From Catajapyx aquilonaris (Eukaryota), in assembly GCA_000934665.2 (NCBI GenBank), contig JYFJ02000115.1, positions 62,001-126,000 on the forward strand: DNA of 64,000 bases, given 5' to 3'. Of the stretch, positions 37,363 through 51,200 are shown one piece after another. The position numbers and the translations under genes are program-made. Under the pieces are notes generated by a model. It saw nothing but the letters and a program-made list of their open reading frames with translations, did not search any database and had not been told where the DNA came from. How positions within the stretch are numbered: the first letter of the stretch is position 1; the number at the start of each line of letters is the position of its first letter.

Positions 37363-38003
37363 ACCAATTAATATAACCATGTCCCTAAATATTGGCCATC
37401 TTTGATCTTCGACATTTTTATAGCTTCTTCTTCCAATTGAGATTTTTGCAATCTTACAATACAGTACAATGTTCACTTCTAATTTGGACTTATGCCCAAA
37501 GGTTAATCATTCGATAAAGATTAATCAAAAAAATAATATTCTTGAGGATTTAAGTTGATAGTGTTTTATAATTTATTGGCAAATCCGCGTAAACTTTTAT
37601 TATGATGTGCACTAATCAGTGGATTTGATAATCCTTTGCAGATAATGATTGTGAATGAACAATATTGCTTGTAGTTTTTTTGTACTCTTTGGCCATTTTT
37701 TATTGCCATTATTAAAGTTGAACTAGTTCTTTCAGAAACACTTGTTGTTGTTGCATCAAAATGATATTTATTATTTCTGGTCATGCTGATAGTAACCTGC
37801 ACTCCTGATAATCAATGGGAACAAGATATGATTAGAAACCAGTGAAGTAACCCAGGTTAAGAAGATACAACCAATGGAAATGGCTTATTATTATCACAGT
37901 AGGCCTACTAATATATTATCAAAGTAATGGTAATCTAATCTGAGGATGTGAAATTGCACAGGTGACAAATAGGACAACACGTTAATAGAAAATCCAAACT
38001 AGA

Positions 38004-40156
38004 ATGAGCATCAGGATGGCAAGAGATCTTTTCATAAGCTGCATGGTAACACATCTGGATTGATATGAGCCTGAGCCTTGCATTATTAATCATATTATTC
38101 TTTAAGGTGTTGGTCGTGTCTGCATGCTGCCATCAGTATGAGTAAGTATGCTTGGTGGATGTTGTTGCATCATTATTGTGGAATTTTGCATCATGAGGCC
38201 TACATACACAGTAATAATAATCAGTATCAACAATTAATTTGTTTGGTTGTACGCTTCTGGATTATAGATTTTTTGAGAGGATCCGAAGAATGTACTTTTC
38301 ATTCCAGTGTCTTTGTTATGATTCTTATTTTACATTGACTTCCTCCAGAGTGGTGGCAAGTACAGACAATAACTCTGATGGCCAAGAATGCACTCTAGGA
38401 CACACATATCTGCATCCAGGTGACTGTCATAAGTTCTACAGATGCGACTACAAGACATCAAAAATGGTGACCCATTCTTGTCCTCGTGGAACATTTTTCC
38501 ATCCTGCTCTGCACTTGTGCTACCTGGAAAGTACACAGGTAAGGACAATAATTATTAGTGGATTTTGTTAACATTCAGGAATGTTGATTTGTTTGTTAAT
38601 AAAGGTTACGTAAAATCAAAAAGAGCAAAAGTTGCAATTAACATACCTGTAAAAATATAACATTCGACATATAGAAAAAGTGACATATGTGGAAATAAAG
38701 CAATTTCATGAGAAAATAGTGCCTGCATATTATAGTGTCTATTATGGAATGTTTCAATGCGTATATGGATTGCAGTTCATGTGAACTAAACATTCTTTCA
38801 CATTTACAGACCCCCTGCCATGCTGGAGACCTGGCTTTCAGTACAGTCATGGACGATTCATGTGATCCTGACAAAGACAAAAACAAATGCTTTAATTGCA
38901 CCACATATGCAACTTGCATATCTGTCACTAGCACATGGTACTATGGATCATGTAAAGATGGACAGTTTTGTGATTCCAAAACTGCTAAATGCTCAGAAGA
39001 CGTTCCAGCCTGTATTCCATTTCAGTGTGGTGATGATGGAACATTTCCAGATTACGCTAACTGCACCGTGTACCATGTTTGCAAGGATGGAGTGGACACT
39101 CCTCAGACTTGTGATAATGGCAAAGCATACAATCCTGCCTCTCTCCTTTGCGACAAAGACATGGATGACAAATGTTATGACTTAGTTGTCAAATGCGATG
39201 AGTCACCACAACCAAGTGTTCTAAAAAAGTTGCCTGTGGCAGGTGACTGTCTGCAGTATCACAATTGTGATGTGTCTAAGGAGTACAAGGAATCTTTGGT
39301 AGCCATATACCATAATTGCCCAAAAGGACAGTTTTTTGCTTATAACGACACATATGCGAGTGACCCAAAAGGTGGAAGGTGTTTAAGCGTATCAGCTGAC
39401 AACCAACCACCAGATGACTGCAAGGATGCTCTGGAAGAAGCTGGCGTACATTGCTTCAAGAGTGGTTTTAATCCAGCCGCTGAAGCTTGCCCAACAATTG
39501 CTTACTTTTGCAGTCCTAATTTACAGGAAATTGGAAACATTACCTGCCCTGATGACCAGGCTTATGATGCAGATGATTGCAAAGATTTTGCTGATGTCAC
39601 ATCTTGCAAAGATTTGTGCAAGGAATTGCCTCTGAAAAAGAAGAACCCGAGTGATTGCACCACATACTTTGAATGCGACAAGGTTGATGGAACGCCGAAG
39701 GTTAAAAAGTGCCCAGATGGTCAAGCCTTCAATGGTGCTAAGGGAGACTGTGACGACAAGGCCAATGTTCCACTGTGCCAATCTGGGAACATTCCATCTT
39801 CAACAACCGCATCCTCTTCAACATTTGGATCCACAACTGCTTCAAACACTGGTTCCACTCCGACAAGACCGTCTGGTTCCACATCTACAAACACAGGGTC
39901 GACTGTGACAGCAACTGGTTCCACTGCAATCACTTCTCCACCAACAGCTAGTACTCCTAAGCCATTCGAGTGTTCCAGAACTGGGAATTTTCCAGTTTCG
40001 CCAGGTTGTAATACCCATTACTACAATTGTTCTAGGCAACAGGGCAAATGGGTTAAGCAAATGAAAAATTGCCCTCCTTCATTCATATTTAGCAATATTC
40101 TGCTCCGTTGCGTCAAAGGCTCTTGTCCTGCTACAACAACTTCCCATATAAATTGA
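38004..40156 (+). CDS. Peritrophin-like protein, copy 2, with Ser/Thr mucin-like linker and terminal CBM14 domain (last exon 38810-40156; start 38004 or 38016)
   Basis: Same 4-exon layout and Cys pattern as copy 1, plus STT-rich linker and FECSRTGNFP..YYNC..CPPSFIF..C. Confidence 0.85.
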
Positions 40157-40892
40157 TCATTTATCGATATGTGTCTTTAATTATGTGTGCCGAGCTACAT
40201 ATGATATGTACGAGTATAAAATGAGGCAAGATAATGCATTTGCAGAATTGGCAGGTGGAAGAATATGTGATATGGGTTATCGCGCCAAAGCTACACATTA
40301 TCTTGCTTTCTCCAAGTAAGCAGAGATAATTATTTTTATTCCTTCATACCCTTCAGTTATTTTGTAACAAGGATTTTTGATTAGATAATAATTCTCTTTT
40401 AGCTGCTAGAGGTTACAATCATAATTTCGCAGTAGGTCATGATTAGGTTATTACATGTTTTGTTTTTCATTACTCTTGCAGGATTTTCTGATTGCAGATA
40501 GTATATTAGTTTGTATGTTATCCTTATTCTTTCCAGGTAAATATGAGCTTGCAATAGCTAATTGAACGCTAACTTCTTGAACGTTTTTGAATAGCATGCC
40601 TCCTACAATTTCACGTTTACTGTTGAAATGTAATAATCTGTTTGCAAAACCAGTGGCTTACTATAATTATGCTCTTTTGAGATTACTCATAGTGTGCCAT
40701 TTTTAACATACACGTATATAAATTTCAGAGTGGGACACTAATGTGTTTCGCAATTTAGTGGCACTTGCTTTTAAACTGTAAACACAAACAAAGATACACT
40801 ATCCCTGCCCTCAATAATTATTATCATGCATTAATGATAATAAAAAAATGTGCAGTAGTGAATGCGTCAAATATTAGTTATCATGGTTCAGT

Positions 40893-41034
<142 letters not shown>

Positions 41035-41679
41035 TAGTATTTTCCAGAATGTCAGACTTGTTAGTATGTACATGTATCTGCTTTGTTTTCATATATTGAG
41101 CCACTAAAAAGATACAGGTAAATAATCCCTATGTAAATTCTTCATTGCACGAATGTCAGTAATGTCACACAGTCATAATATTGAAGCTGCATATTTTGAG
41201 ATGATGGTTTCCTAATGAATATTACCATATCTAATAAGCAAGCCACTTGCTGCACAAAACCTTGGACTGTAAAGATTGCGACACTGTAAAATGAATTGAT
41301 AAGTACCTTAAGTAGGTAGCCTACGTTTATTTTGTGTTTGCAAGTGACATTAGGAGGAGTGTTTTTACGGCAGGTTGAATTGTATACCTTACTAATGTAC
41401 TCCATCTAAATATTATTCCTGGGGGTCAAATATTACATGCAATTTACTCATATGAAAGTCTCAGAAGGCAATGGAGAATGAAGTTGAAACTGATATTATA
41501 ATGGCAACTGATTAGTAGGTACTTGGATACTGACCACTGATGGCTCAAATTGCAAACAAGATTGGCCTTCTTTGTCGCCCATCATTAATGATAATCTAAT
41601 CTAAAGATGAGAATTACGCTGTGAAACAAGTAGGTTGGTTTCATCAGTTAACAAGTGCAACTGAACAAGACATCAAAGG

Positions 41680-43952
41680 ATGCCAAATAGCCTTTTTGCA
41701 ATGGAAATGGTAATTATTGTTTCATAAATTTGTCAGGTCAGGTACTTATTTTTACAGTTGAAACTATGTTTTGCTGTGGGAAAACATTATTACTGTGTAT
41801 TATCATTTGGCTTTTTTTCAGATTTTGATGGCTTTAGCACTTTTTATTGGACCTTACAGTTGCGGGTAATTATCTGTTGTACTAAATGCACCTTTTCCGT
41901 TTAGAGCCCAAGTTATATCGCAAACATGAGTTTTGTTCACTTTGTACTTATTCAAGTTCTGCAATGTTTCTTTTTAAAAAAAGGCATCGTAGTGGCAGAG
42001 TACTAAATGTGTTGAGAAAGGCATCACAATTATTTACTAATCATAACAGTAGCTAGAATATGCCTACTTTTGCTGAAGTGTTGAGTCAGAATATGGCATA
42101 TATGTAGTTTTTTAAATGTAGATATCACGGGATGTATATTAACTATGTTCCTTGAAACCTTATTATAGAACTGCGACAAGCCGGAATGGACATTCTCATG
42201 ACTGCAAGTTAGGAGAAGAGTATCCTCATCCTGATAATTGCCATCAATTTTACACCTGCACTGCCATAGAAGAAGATACGAAAGTCACCATGCACACATG
42301 CACCGAGGGAACTTTCTTTGAACCTATTCTGGGTCTATGTGTACCTGAAGATCCGCAGGTAAATATTTTCTTATTTTTGTTCCTTCATCCTCTTTTTAAA
42401 ATCAATAAATACAATATATTTGATGCATCATAAAAACATTGCCTTAATTGTAATAATTTAAATAATGTACAGTAGGTACTTGGTTATGTTGGTTTTTAGT
42501 CTTTTTACTGATTCATTCATGTATGTTTTAATAATTCCACAGAATTTATGTCAACTTGATCTGGACGCCTTAGAAGACTTTCGCATGTTGACTCGAATAG
42601 GAGATGATCCATGCAAATCAGGAGATAATCCAAAGTGTGAAAACTGCACCACATATGCATATTGCAATACCTTTACATCAACATGGATGTACGGTACCTG
42701 CACTGGTGATACGCCATTTTGCGACGCAGAAAAAGCCAAGTGCAGTGCTGACGTACCTTCATGCATACCGTTTCAATGTGGAAAAGAAGGTATATATCCA
42801 GATGTTTATGACTGCACTAAATATCACGTATGTGATAAATCCGGAAAGGACACACAAAAGACATGCACCAATGGCAAGGCATTTAATCAAGTGTCCATGC
42901 TTTGTGATGCAGAGATGGACGATGATTGTACCAAAGCCATTGCATCTTGTGAGGATCATCCAAGTTCACTGAAGAAACTCCCTGTGGATGGTGACTGCTT
43001 GCTGTATTATAATTGTGAGGTGTCAAAGCAGTACCCAGACTCTCTTGTGCCAGTCTTTAGTAAATGTGACCAAGGACAATACTTTAATGAAGGCAATGCA
43101 AAATGTTTAAGTATAGCATCAGAAGATAACCCACCAGACCTAACATGCGCGTTACTTTTGACCGAGTCTGGAATTCACTGTGTGTATTCAGGATGGAATG
43201 CTGCTGATACTTGTCCAACTGTGGCTTACTTCTGCAATGATAAATTAAAGGAGCTTGGGAAGATCTCTTGTCCTGATGGCCAAGCTTTTGATATAGTTTC
43301 AACAGAGCCTAATTGCAAGGAATATTCTCAAATTGAAACGTGCAGCGACCTATGTAAGGAAGACACGACAAAAAAGCAGAACCCAAGTGATTGCACCACA
43401 TATTTTGAATGCAAGGAGAAAGGTGGAATGCCTAAGGTTGCAAAGTGCCCTGATGGACAAGCCTTTAATGATGCCATAGGAGAGTGTGATGCCATGTCTA
43501 ATGTTCCATTGTGCCAATCTGGGAATGTACCAACCTCAACTGCTGCAACATCCACCAGCAGTTTAACAACAGCGATATCCTCTTCTTCAACTCTGAATAC
43601 AGGTTCCACCCTGACAACACCGTCTGGTTTCACATCTCCTAACACTGGTTCTACAGCAACAGCATCACCATCCTCTGGTTCTACTTCAACAAACACAGCC
43701 ACAACTGCTGGATCAACATCCTTCACGTCTCAGCCAACAAGTCCTACCCCTCCACCATTCAAGTGCACGCGTACTGGATTTTTCCCAATTACCTCAGGCT
43801 GCAGTGACCAATACTACAGATGTTACAAGTCGGGAGGTATATGGCACAAGGTGGTGTTAACTTGCCCCAACGGATTCATATTTAACAATGAATTAAGTCG
43901 CTGCGTGAAGGGGTCGTGCCCTTCTTCAACAACCACATCCACAATCAGTTAG
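41680..43952 (+). CDS. Peritrophin-like protein, copy 3, with mucin-like linker (last exon 42543-43952)
   Basis: Same exon layout; YPHPDNCHQFYTC..CTEGTFFEP; CIPFQCG, NPSDCTTYFEC, S/T linker, FKCTRTGFFP..CPNGFIFN. Confidence 0.85.
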
Positions 43953-44268
43953 TTTACGAGTTATTCAGCATACTGTTCGTAATATGCACCGCTTGACGTA
44001 GAAATAAAATATCGTAGTAACATATGTTGTCAGTATTTCTGTAAAAGTGATATTTGGAACCTATGGATGTAATGTATGTGCCAGATTTTTAAAAAAATTC
44101 ATGTTTTCAAAGTTCCCATGAATATAGAGAAAAAGGTGAAGTTTTAGCATGGAATTTTTTACATGCTTTCCCAGAAACTCACTTCTACCCAATTTGGCTC
44201 ATCATTTATTTTGTTGAAGTTGGTATGCTCTCTCCGCCAAAAGGGCTAATCGCCCGTGGTGAAATAAA

Positions 44269-44353
<85 letters not shown>
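44269..44353. repeat. (ATT)n microsatellite
   Basis: About 28 uninterrupted units. Confidence 0.95.
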
Positions 44354-45149
44354 GTGCAATGATTGCACTTGCCATTGCAGCATGCTGTAATATCAAGCTT
44401 GAAGTTGCATGCCACTCACAAAACTACAACAAGAAAATGATTTAAATTAAATAAATTTTGAAATGGGCAAAACCCATGCGTTTTAGGTCCATTATTGGCT
44501 ACATCTGCAACAGTGGGTTGGACATTTTTATAATACAATATAAATACGAATAAAACTACCGAAAGTAATAATTTGCCACACTATTTGGGTATAAACCTTA
44601 TCAAAAAATTTCTTTTAAAATTCTAAAATTCTCTAAAATTATTCTGGCTTTTTTATTTTCTGTAACATTATCCGCCATATGCCCAAAAAAGTAATATTTT
44701 CGTGCCTATTTGATGGTTTTTTTCGTGCCTATTTCGGGGTGCCTAAAAATCCGGACTCTAATAATAACGTAGAATCTGTTATAACCACCATTTTCCACCT
44801 GTTTTGCAGCAATTTTTTAAAACCGATATACACTCCATTGTTGACTGAGGAAGGATTAACACACTTTTGACTTGAGCAGTTGTCAGCTACAGATAAATTC
44901 TACCTGATAAAACGCTAATCAAGAGGAAAAAATATGGAGATAACATTACACCTTCTTTATTTCTTCGATTAAAACACACATCTCACTGGAATGTATAACA
45001 GCTACGGAGTTGCCCATAAATGAGAGATATAAATACTGATGAAGTATGCTGTGTTGCTATAAATTACTGCTTACCGTGTTGTATGCAAGCTCTTTTCAGC
45101 TATTTTTCATAGCAATCTCTCTGCACAATTTTGGCGTAACATTCCTCAG

Positions 45150-45402
45150 TGGTCCAGTGGCTCAGTGGTCCGAGGTCACCGCGTATATGACCTCTTAGAA
45201 TCACCGTTTGTTCGCCCATTAGACCTGTGTCAGGTCAATCCCGGTGTGGGCAAGGCCATCGTTAGATATACGCAGTGTAATTTGGGCCTTTTTATAGAGT
45301 CATTCGGCAGAAGAACTGGTACCGGCCATTTATCAGGGGGAGTACGTCGGAACCTTATTAATCCCTATGTACCTTGCAGTACCACCAAGCCCTTTGAATT
45401 GT
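45150..45402 (+). mobile_element. Possible tRNA-derived SINE
   Basis: Pol III A-box-like tggctcagtgg at about 45158 and B-box-like ggtcaatccc at about 45233 within a GC-richer island. Confidence 0.3.
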
Positions 45403-46497
45403 AATTTATGCTGCCTCAACAATGAGGCATAATCGCCGAAGAAATGTTTTGTACTTGTTCACATCCTCCCCCTTGCATGACATTGTTATAATAACTGAGG
45501 TGTACAGTGATGTGCGGTATGCTGGTTGTGTGTTGGTATCGGATATATGCCTGCTATGGCATTATGCAGTATTATTATGGCATGTGATATACTACACGAT
45601 GGTTTGTAGCATATCAGTAAGTGTCCGTCTCCTCTCTCCGCCGTTACATTATCGTACTCCCCAATGGCACTCCAAAGGCACCCAAGAAGAAAAATGCTAC
45701 AACGAATTGGTTGTAGCATTTTGAACGAGACGCAACAGGGACGTCAGGTACGGTATTTATTACTTGGCAAGTACTATACTGGTACAATATTGAAACTTAT
45801 TGTTGCAATTTTGCATATGTCAGTAGCTGTAGCGTGCCTAGGTTCCTCGAGGGGCTGGATGGCACGGCATCTGACGGCATTTTGCCACATTGTTAAAGGT
45901 TCGCGCAATATTGTTTATTCCTCCAATAATTAAATAATTCACTCTAGGCCACATTCCATTTGTTCAATTGTTTATGACTCCTGATGTAATGGAGTTTTTT
46001 TAAAAAAATTCTCTTAAAAAAAAAGCAGGAAAAGCGTCCTGCACCATGAGTTGGAGCCTTGTCGCCGGCGGTGTGGCTTTTCACCAATCCAGCTCGCACA
46101 CTGACATCGTCATGACTCATGTAAACATGCACAACACTGGTTTGCATGAGTCATGATGCCTTGGTCATGACAAACACTTTAATATATTTTTTTCTTCTTC
46201 TAGATTAACTGCGATTCATCATGACCGTAAGTTTTTGAAATTTCCGCCGGCCTTTTATGCCACCTGGCGCCAAATATTTAGTAGTTTCTCCTCTTGGCAA
46301 TAGATGGCATGGAAACACAACAGCTGTTTACATTTGAAGCAATATTTATGCAAACCAATCACCTGCCGAGTTTGCACACGATTGTCCAATCAGCTCTAGA
46401 CGCACATGCGCAATGGCCATTCCTTGTTGGCGACTGGAACGTGTGAACCGTCTCTTAAAGACAGCGTCGCACCGGCGGTCCACACGTCGTCGTTGCA

Positions 46498-47236
46498 ATG
46501 TCCTCAACGACGAACGGCAGCGGAAACCTTGTCGACGAGTTCGACGAAGCCTTCCAGGTAGCCCAAGCCACATTCCTAATTACACCCAAAAAAAAGTAGC
46601 TGCGGTACCTATATCACAAGTGTGCATTGTTCCCCCGTACAGGCGTGTTTGAATGTGCTGACCAAAGATGACAGCCTGCAATGGCCGGACAAGGAGGAGG
46701 TCCGCAGCGACATGGACCAGACAGTCCTCCGCTTCATCGACACGGCCAGGCAGATGGAGAGCTTCTTCCTTCAGAAGCGGTTCTTGCTGTCCGCTCTGAA
46801 GCCGGAGCTTATCGTCAAGGAGGACACCAACGAGCTCAGGCTGGAGCTGGTTAGTCGGCACTCGGCAGTATACGATGTATGTTACTATGAGTTTGTTTTG
46901 CAGGTGAGGAAGGACGAGCTGATCAAGAAGCATTATGACAAGATATCGGTATGGCAGAGCATGCTGGCTGATCTGCAGGGTGGTTCGAAGTCGCCTGCAC
47001 AAGGGCCGCCACCGCCGCCGCCACCTCAGGCCTCCACCCCTAGCTCAGGACCACCGGCTGCTTCCACCCCACCCGTTTCGGGACCAGGTGCGGCTCCACC
47101 TTTCCCAGGGCCCACACAGGGGCCGCCTCAGGGCCAGCCTAGGATGCAGTTTTCAAATCCTTCAGCCAATCTGCAGGGTCCGCTAGCTTATCTGGAAAAG
47201 ACAGCCTCGAACATCGGGATCCCAGAAAGGCGGTAG
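46498..47236 (+). CDS. MED28: Mediator complex subunit 28, 3 exons (46498-46557, 46643-46849, 46904-47236)
   Basis: NLVDEFDEAFQ|ACL..DQTVLRFIDTARQMESFFLQKR..KPELIVKED..LRLEL|VRKDELIKKHYDK..QGPLAYLEKTASNIG. Confidence 0.95.
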
Positions 47237-47415
47237 CGCAACTGGACAGCAAAAGTGAAGGGACACGTTTTCAAAATTCGACGAGGAGGTGCAGTGTCAA
47301 ACGATGTTAATCCAAATATATTTTTAATTTAATCTGTTTGCAAACTTATGTTTGGTGTAAGCTCTGACCGCGTACAAAAGACAATCAGGAACAACTGATA
47401 AACAGTGAAGGTTTT

Positions 47416-47789
47416 TCATTTGCTGATATCGCCCTTGGTGGCACTCTTGTCCGCAGAAGTTGAGGAATTGCCGGCCTCTCCGAACTCCTCTGGCTTTTGT
47501 TCCGCGTCTTCTTTTATCTTCTTTATCCTGGCAGCCTCGCCTTCCGGATCGTAGAGAGAGCTAAGCTGAAGCTCCATTTCGCTGCAGCTCACTGCAAGAG
47601 ATGTAATTTCTTCACAGGTCCCACCTTTTTCATGGTATTTTTGAACTGCAATCGTAACTGACCTCTCATGTCCACGATTTCCTTCGCACACTCTTGTAGA
47701 ACACCGGTGTTCTCCGCCAGCTGCTGCACGCTCCATTCCATCTCCCTTACACTCTCCTCGCACCTCTTCCTCAAGTTATGAAGCTCCAT
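47416..47789 (-). CDS. Hypothetical 100-aa coiled-coil protein (exons 47663-47789, 47416-47591), paralog of the 30189 gene
   Basis: A 71-nt phase-1 intron gtcagt..ctcttgcag gives ..KEIVDMR|VSCSEMELQLSSLYDPEGEAARIK.. Confidence 0.65.
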
Positions 47790-48251
47790 CGTACTGAACG
47801 AAGTCAGTCCAACACTATTTGCACTCTCCAAAAAATTCGAACAAAAATAATGGCGCCTGACTGGCCAGGTGGCAGAGTGATCTGCACTGTTGCCAAATAT
47901 AGCCATCGCAGGATTGCCATGTGTTCATAGGAGGATAAATGACTACTACCAAAGTGCAATGCAAAAATGTCCCCATTTATTTCCTGATTCATGTCTGTGT
48001 ATATGATGTTCCAACTGTAGGCCTACTTACAAAAAAAGGGGGGGGGGGATGTCAGCATAATTGTCATGTGTTGAAACAACAATGAAATACGAGTCCCTCC
48101 AAACTGTTAAAAATTACTAGAAACCACAGGCATCAACAATGTGACAATCCCAGCATCCAACTATTATTCGCAGAATCTTTTGCAACAAATGGGCCGCATC
48201 CCCGTCCATTTTCGCAAGAGTAGCCTTCAATTGTCCATTTTCCGATGTCAA

Positions 48252-51200
48252 TTATTCCTGCATACCAACCAGAAACTCAACAATGGTTCTCAGAGGCCTT
48301 CCTGTGAATCCTTTTCCCAGGTAGACGACCTCATCCTTGTTCTCCATTGTTCCAGCAATGTCCATATGGACCCAGTGCTCAGCAGTGGTGAATTCCTTCA
48401 GGAAGGCTGCGGCCACACAGGCACCGCTGGCTGGAGAGTGCTTCCCAATGTTGTTCAGATCCGCGTTGCTGCAATCCTGGACCTGAAAATTGTTGCGGAC
48501 ATGCGTCAAGTCCAGCTGCAATAACATGACGGCAATGCGACATGTACCTGTCTGGTGTAGATGTTCCACACCGGCATCCGCCAGACCCTGTCCCCCGTCT
48601 TGATCCCAGCTTCATGCAGCCTCTTCCACATTTCCGTTGAGTTAGTGAAGGTTCCTGCTGCACCTGCACCCAACGCAACACGTATGGCACCAGTCAAAGT
48701 GGCCATATCAATCACTACTCTCGGATTGAACGTATCTGCATAGCACAGGGCATCCGCTAACACCAGTCTGCCCTCCGCATCTGTGTTGTCCACCTGTAAG
48801 CACAGGAAGTGGTGCACACTAATTTAAAAAAAAATTATCATGCTTACCTGTACAGTCTTGCCGTTCATAGCGTAAAATACGTCTCCTGGTTTGGTAGCAG
48901 TGCTGCTGGGGAGATTCTCGCTCAACGGTACAAGACCGACCAAGTTGACATTCAGCTTTAAGGACGCAGCAGCATAAAACGAAGCAAAGACAGTAGCTCC
49001 TCCACCCATGTCTCCGCGCATCTGATCCATGCGAGCAGAGGGCTTGATGGAAATTCCGCCGCTGTCAAATGTTATTCCCTTGCCTGGAAAATTGGGTCAA
49101 CAATTTAAAATAATGGCCAGTAAATGAGGCTAGCGAAACCTACCAACAAGAACGATGGGCTTCTTCCCTTGCGCCCCTTGGCTGCAGTAGCTCAGTTCCA
49201 GAAACACTGGAGGCTGCGCTGAGCCTTGTGATACGCTCAAGAAGCATCCCATTCCCTTCTGCTTGGCCCATTCCCGATCGTGCTGCACCACCTTCACACC
49301 CAGAGGACTCAGCAGTCTTTCAGCCTCCCCTCCAAATATAGTGGGCGTCATCAAATTGGCTGGTGTCTCAGCCAACCTCCGTGACACGTTCTGAGCCTCC
49401 GCCTTCACTTTCCCTTTCTCCCACTCGGCCTGGCCTGAAGGATGGCAGAAACAATTAAATATAAATACGCACAAGGCGGGCATATTCTGACCTTCTCCTG
49501 ATGTTGGGTATGGCTCCACAGCGACAGCATCCTTGCGACGGTTTTTGAGATCATCGTAAGCCCACATCCCCAAGAGCGCTCCTTCTGCAGAGGCTTCAGG
49601 GTCACCTGCAGTGTCCAGGGAGACATGAGTGACACCAGCAGTGTCACGCAGGGCACGGCAAGCTACAGAGGCATATGCACGGATGGCCTCTCGTCGCTCA
49701 TCCACTTCCTCCAGTTCTGAGTAGCCAAGATCATCGCGACCTAAGCCTGAAATGGCTACTACTGGATATTCAGGTTCGAGTCCATAGAACAGTCGAGTTT
49801 TCCCAAGTTTTGGAGCAGGGCCGGATCTGAAAATCAAAAAGTGAACGATACAGCCATATTGTCCAGTTATGTAAGTGACACATCTCCACACATAACTGGA
49901 CAGTCACTCTGGGAAGATGTGACTTACCCATGAGTAGTCGCGTACAAAACTGAAAGTAATGATTACATTTCAATCAAACAAAATTGGCTTTGACTTCAGT
50001 GGCAAAAAATGAAACGTGCTCCGTCACTTGTTAAGGCATGATAACAAAAATGAGATTGAGCAGAAGGAAGTGCAACAGAGAAGGAGACTGATAAGTAATC
50101 AAATTCTATTATTAGTGAAAGAGCACAATATACATCAGTTTTGCCACCTTGACTTGACCTTCTGGCTGTAATGTAACGCAACACTTTATTGCTACCACAT
50201 CAAAACAAATAAAAACATGACTTAAGTACAAATTAAGTCAAACCAGTTCTAGTATCTTTATGGTTCCTTGACTGTTTGCTGCCACAACCACGTCTGACCC
50301 TTGCCTCCAACACACGGCTGATACAAACTCATTGGCGTCGTCCTCTTTCCGATCCTTTTCAAACACCCCCCGGACTGCATCAAACCTGAAGTTGAAGAGC
50401 TGCTTCGATAGTCCTTTATAGTACACATAAAGGGCATTGTTCTCTGACCCACATGCTACATAGTCGCCATCAGTGGCCAGCCCGACAAAATTCTTCTCGT
50501 TGACATGGCCAACAAATGAACGGACAGAATGAGTCTTACCAATATCCCACAGTTTCAGCTGGGAATCAGTTGATGCAGACACAATCTCATCACGACTCAC
50601 AAACTTCACGTAACTCACTGCCTTGCGGTGACCCTTGAAAACTGCCAGCGCTTCCTTGGTTGACCTCAGGTCATAGTAATGCACACAGTGATCTGCTGAT
50701 CCAAATGCCAGGTGGTAACAGCTCTCAGGGTTGAACTTGACGCAGCATACGTTTGCCTTTGCTTCTAAGCAAGCAACTGAGTGGTCCACATTAATCGACC
50801 ATAGTTTGACTCTCGAGTCATCGGACCCAGAAGCAATCAGTTTGGTGTCGACCCGGTTGAAGTCAACTGACCAGCAGCGCTTCTCGTGCTCCTGGAATGT
50901 CCGAGTACGAGTAGCAGTGTTTGCATCCCACACAGTAACAGTGCCTTCGTAATCAGAACTTGCCAACAACCCCTTGTGATATGAACTCCATGATACGCAG
51001 CTAATTTTGGAGTTACACAGCATCTCTACACATGGGTAGTGTATGTCCACAGCATCTTTGACGACGACACTATAGTCAAACACCTTGATCCGTTTGGTGA
51101 CACCAGCAATTGCAAAGTATTCGTTGTCACGATCAAATTCGATGCTGGATACGATGCTTGAGTTGTTGAATATATCACTGGTGTAGTTAAGTGTCGCCAA

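Noticed and set aside
45486..45722. 77-aa ORF with a signal-peptide-like start
   Set aside because: The start lies inside a short palindrome (aaaatgctacaac/gttgtagcatttt); no homology or splice support.
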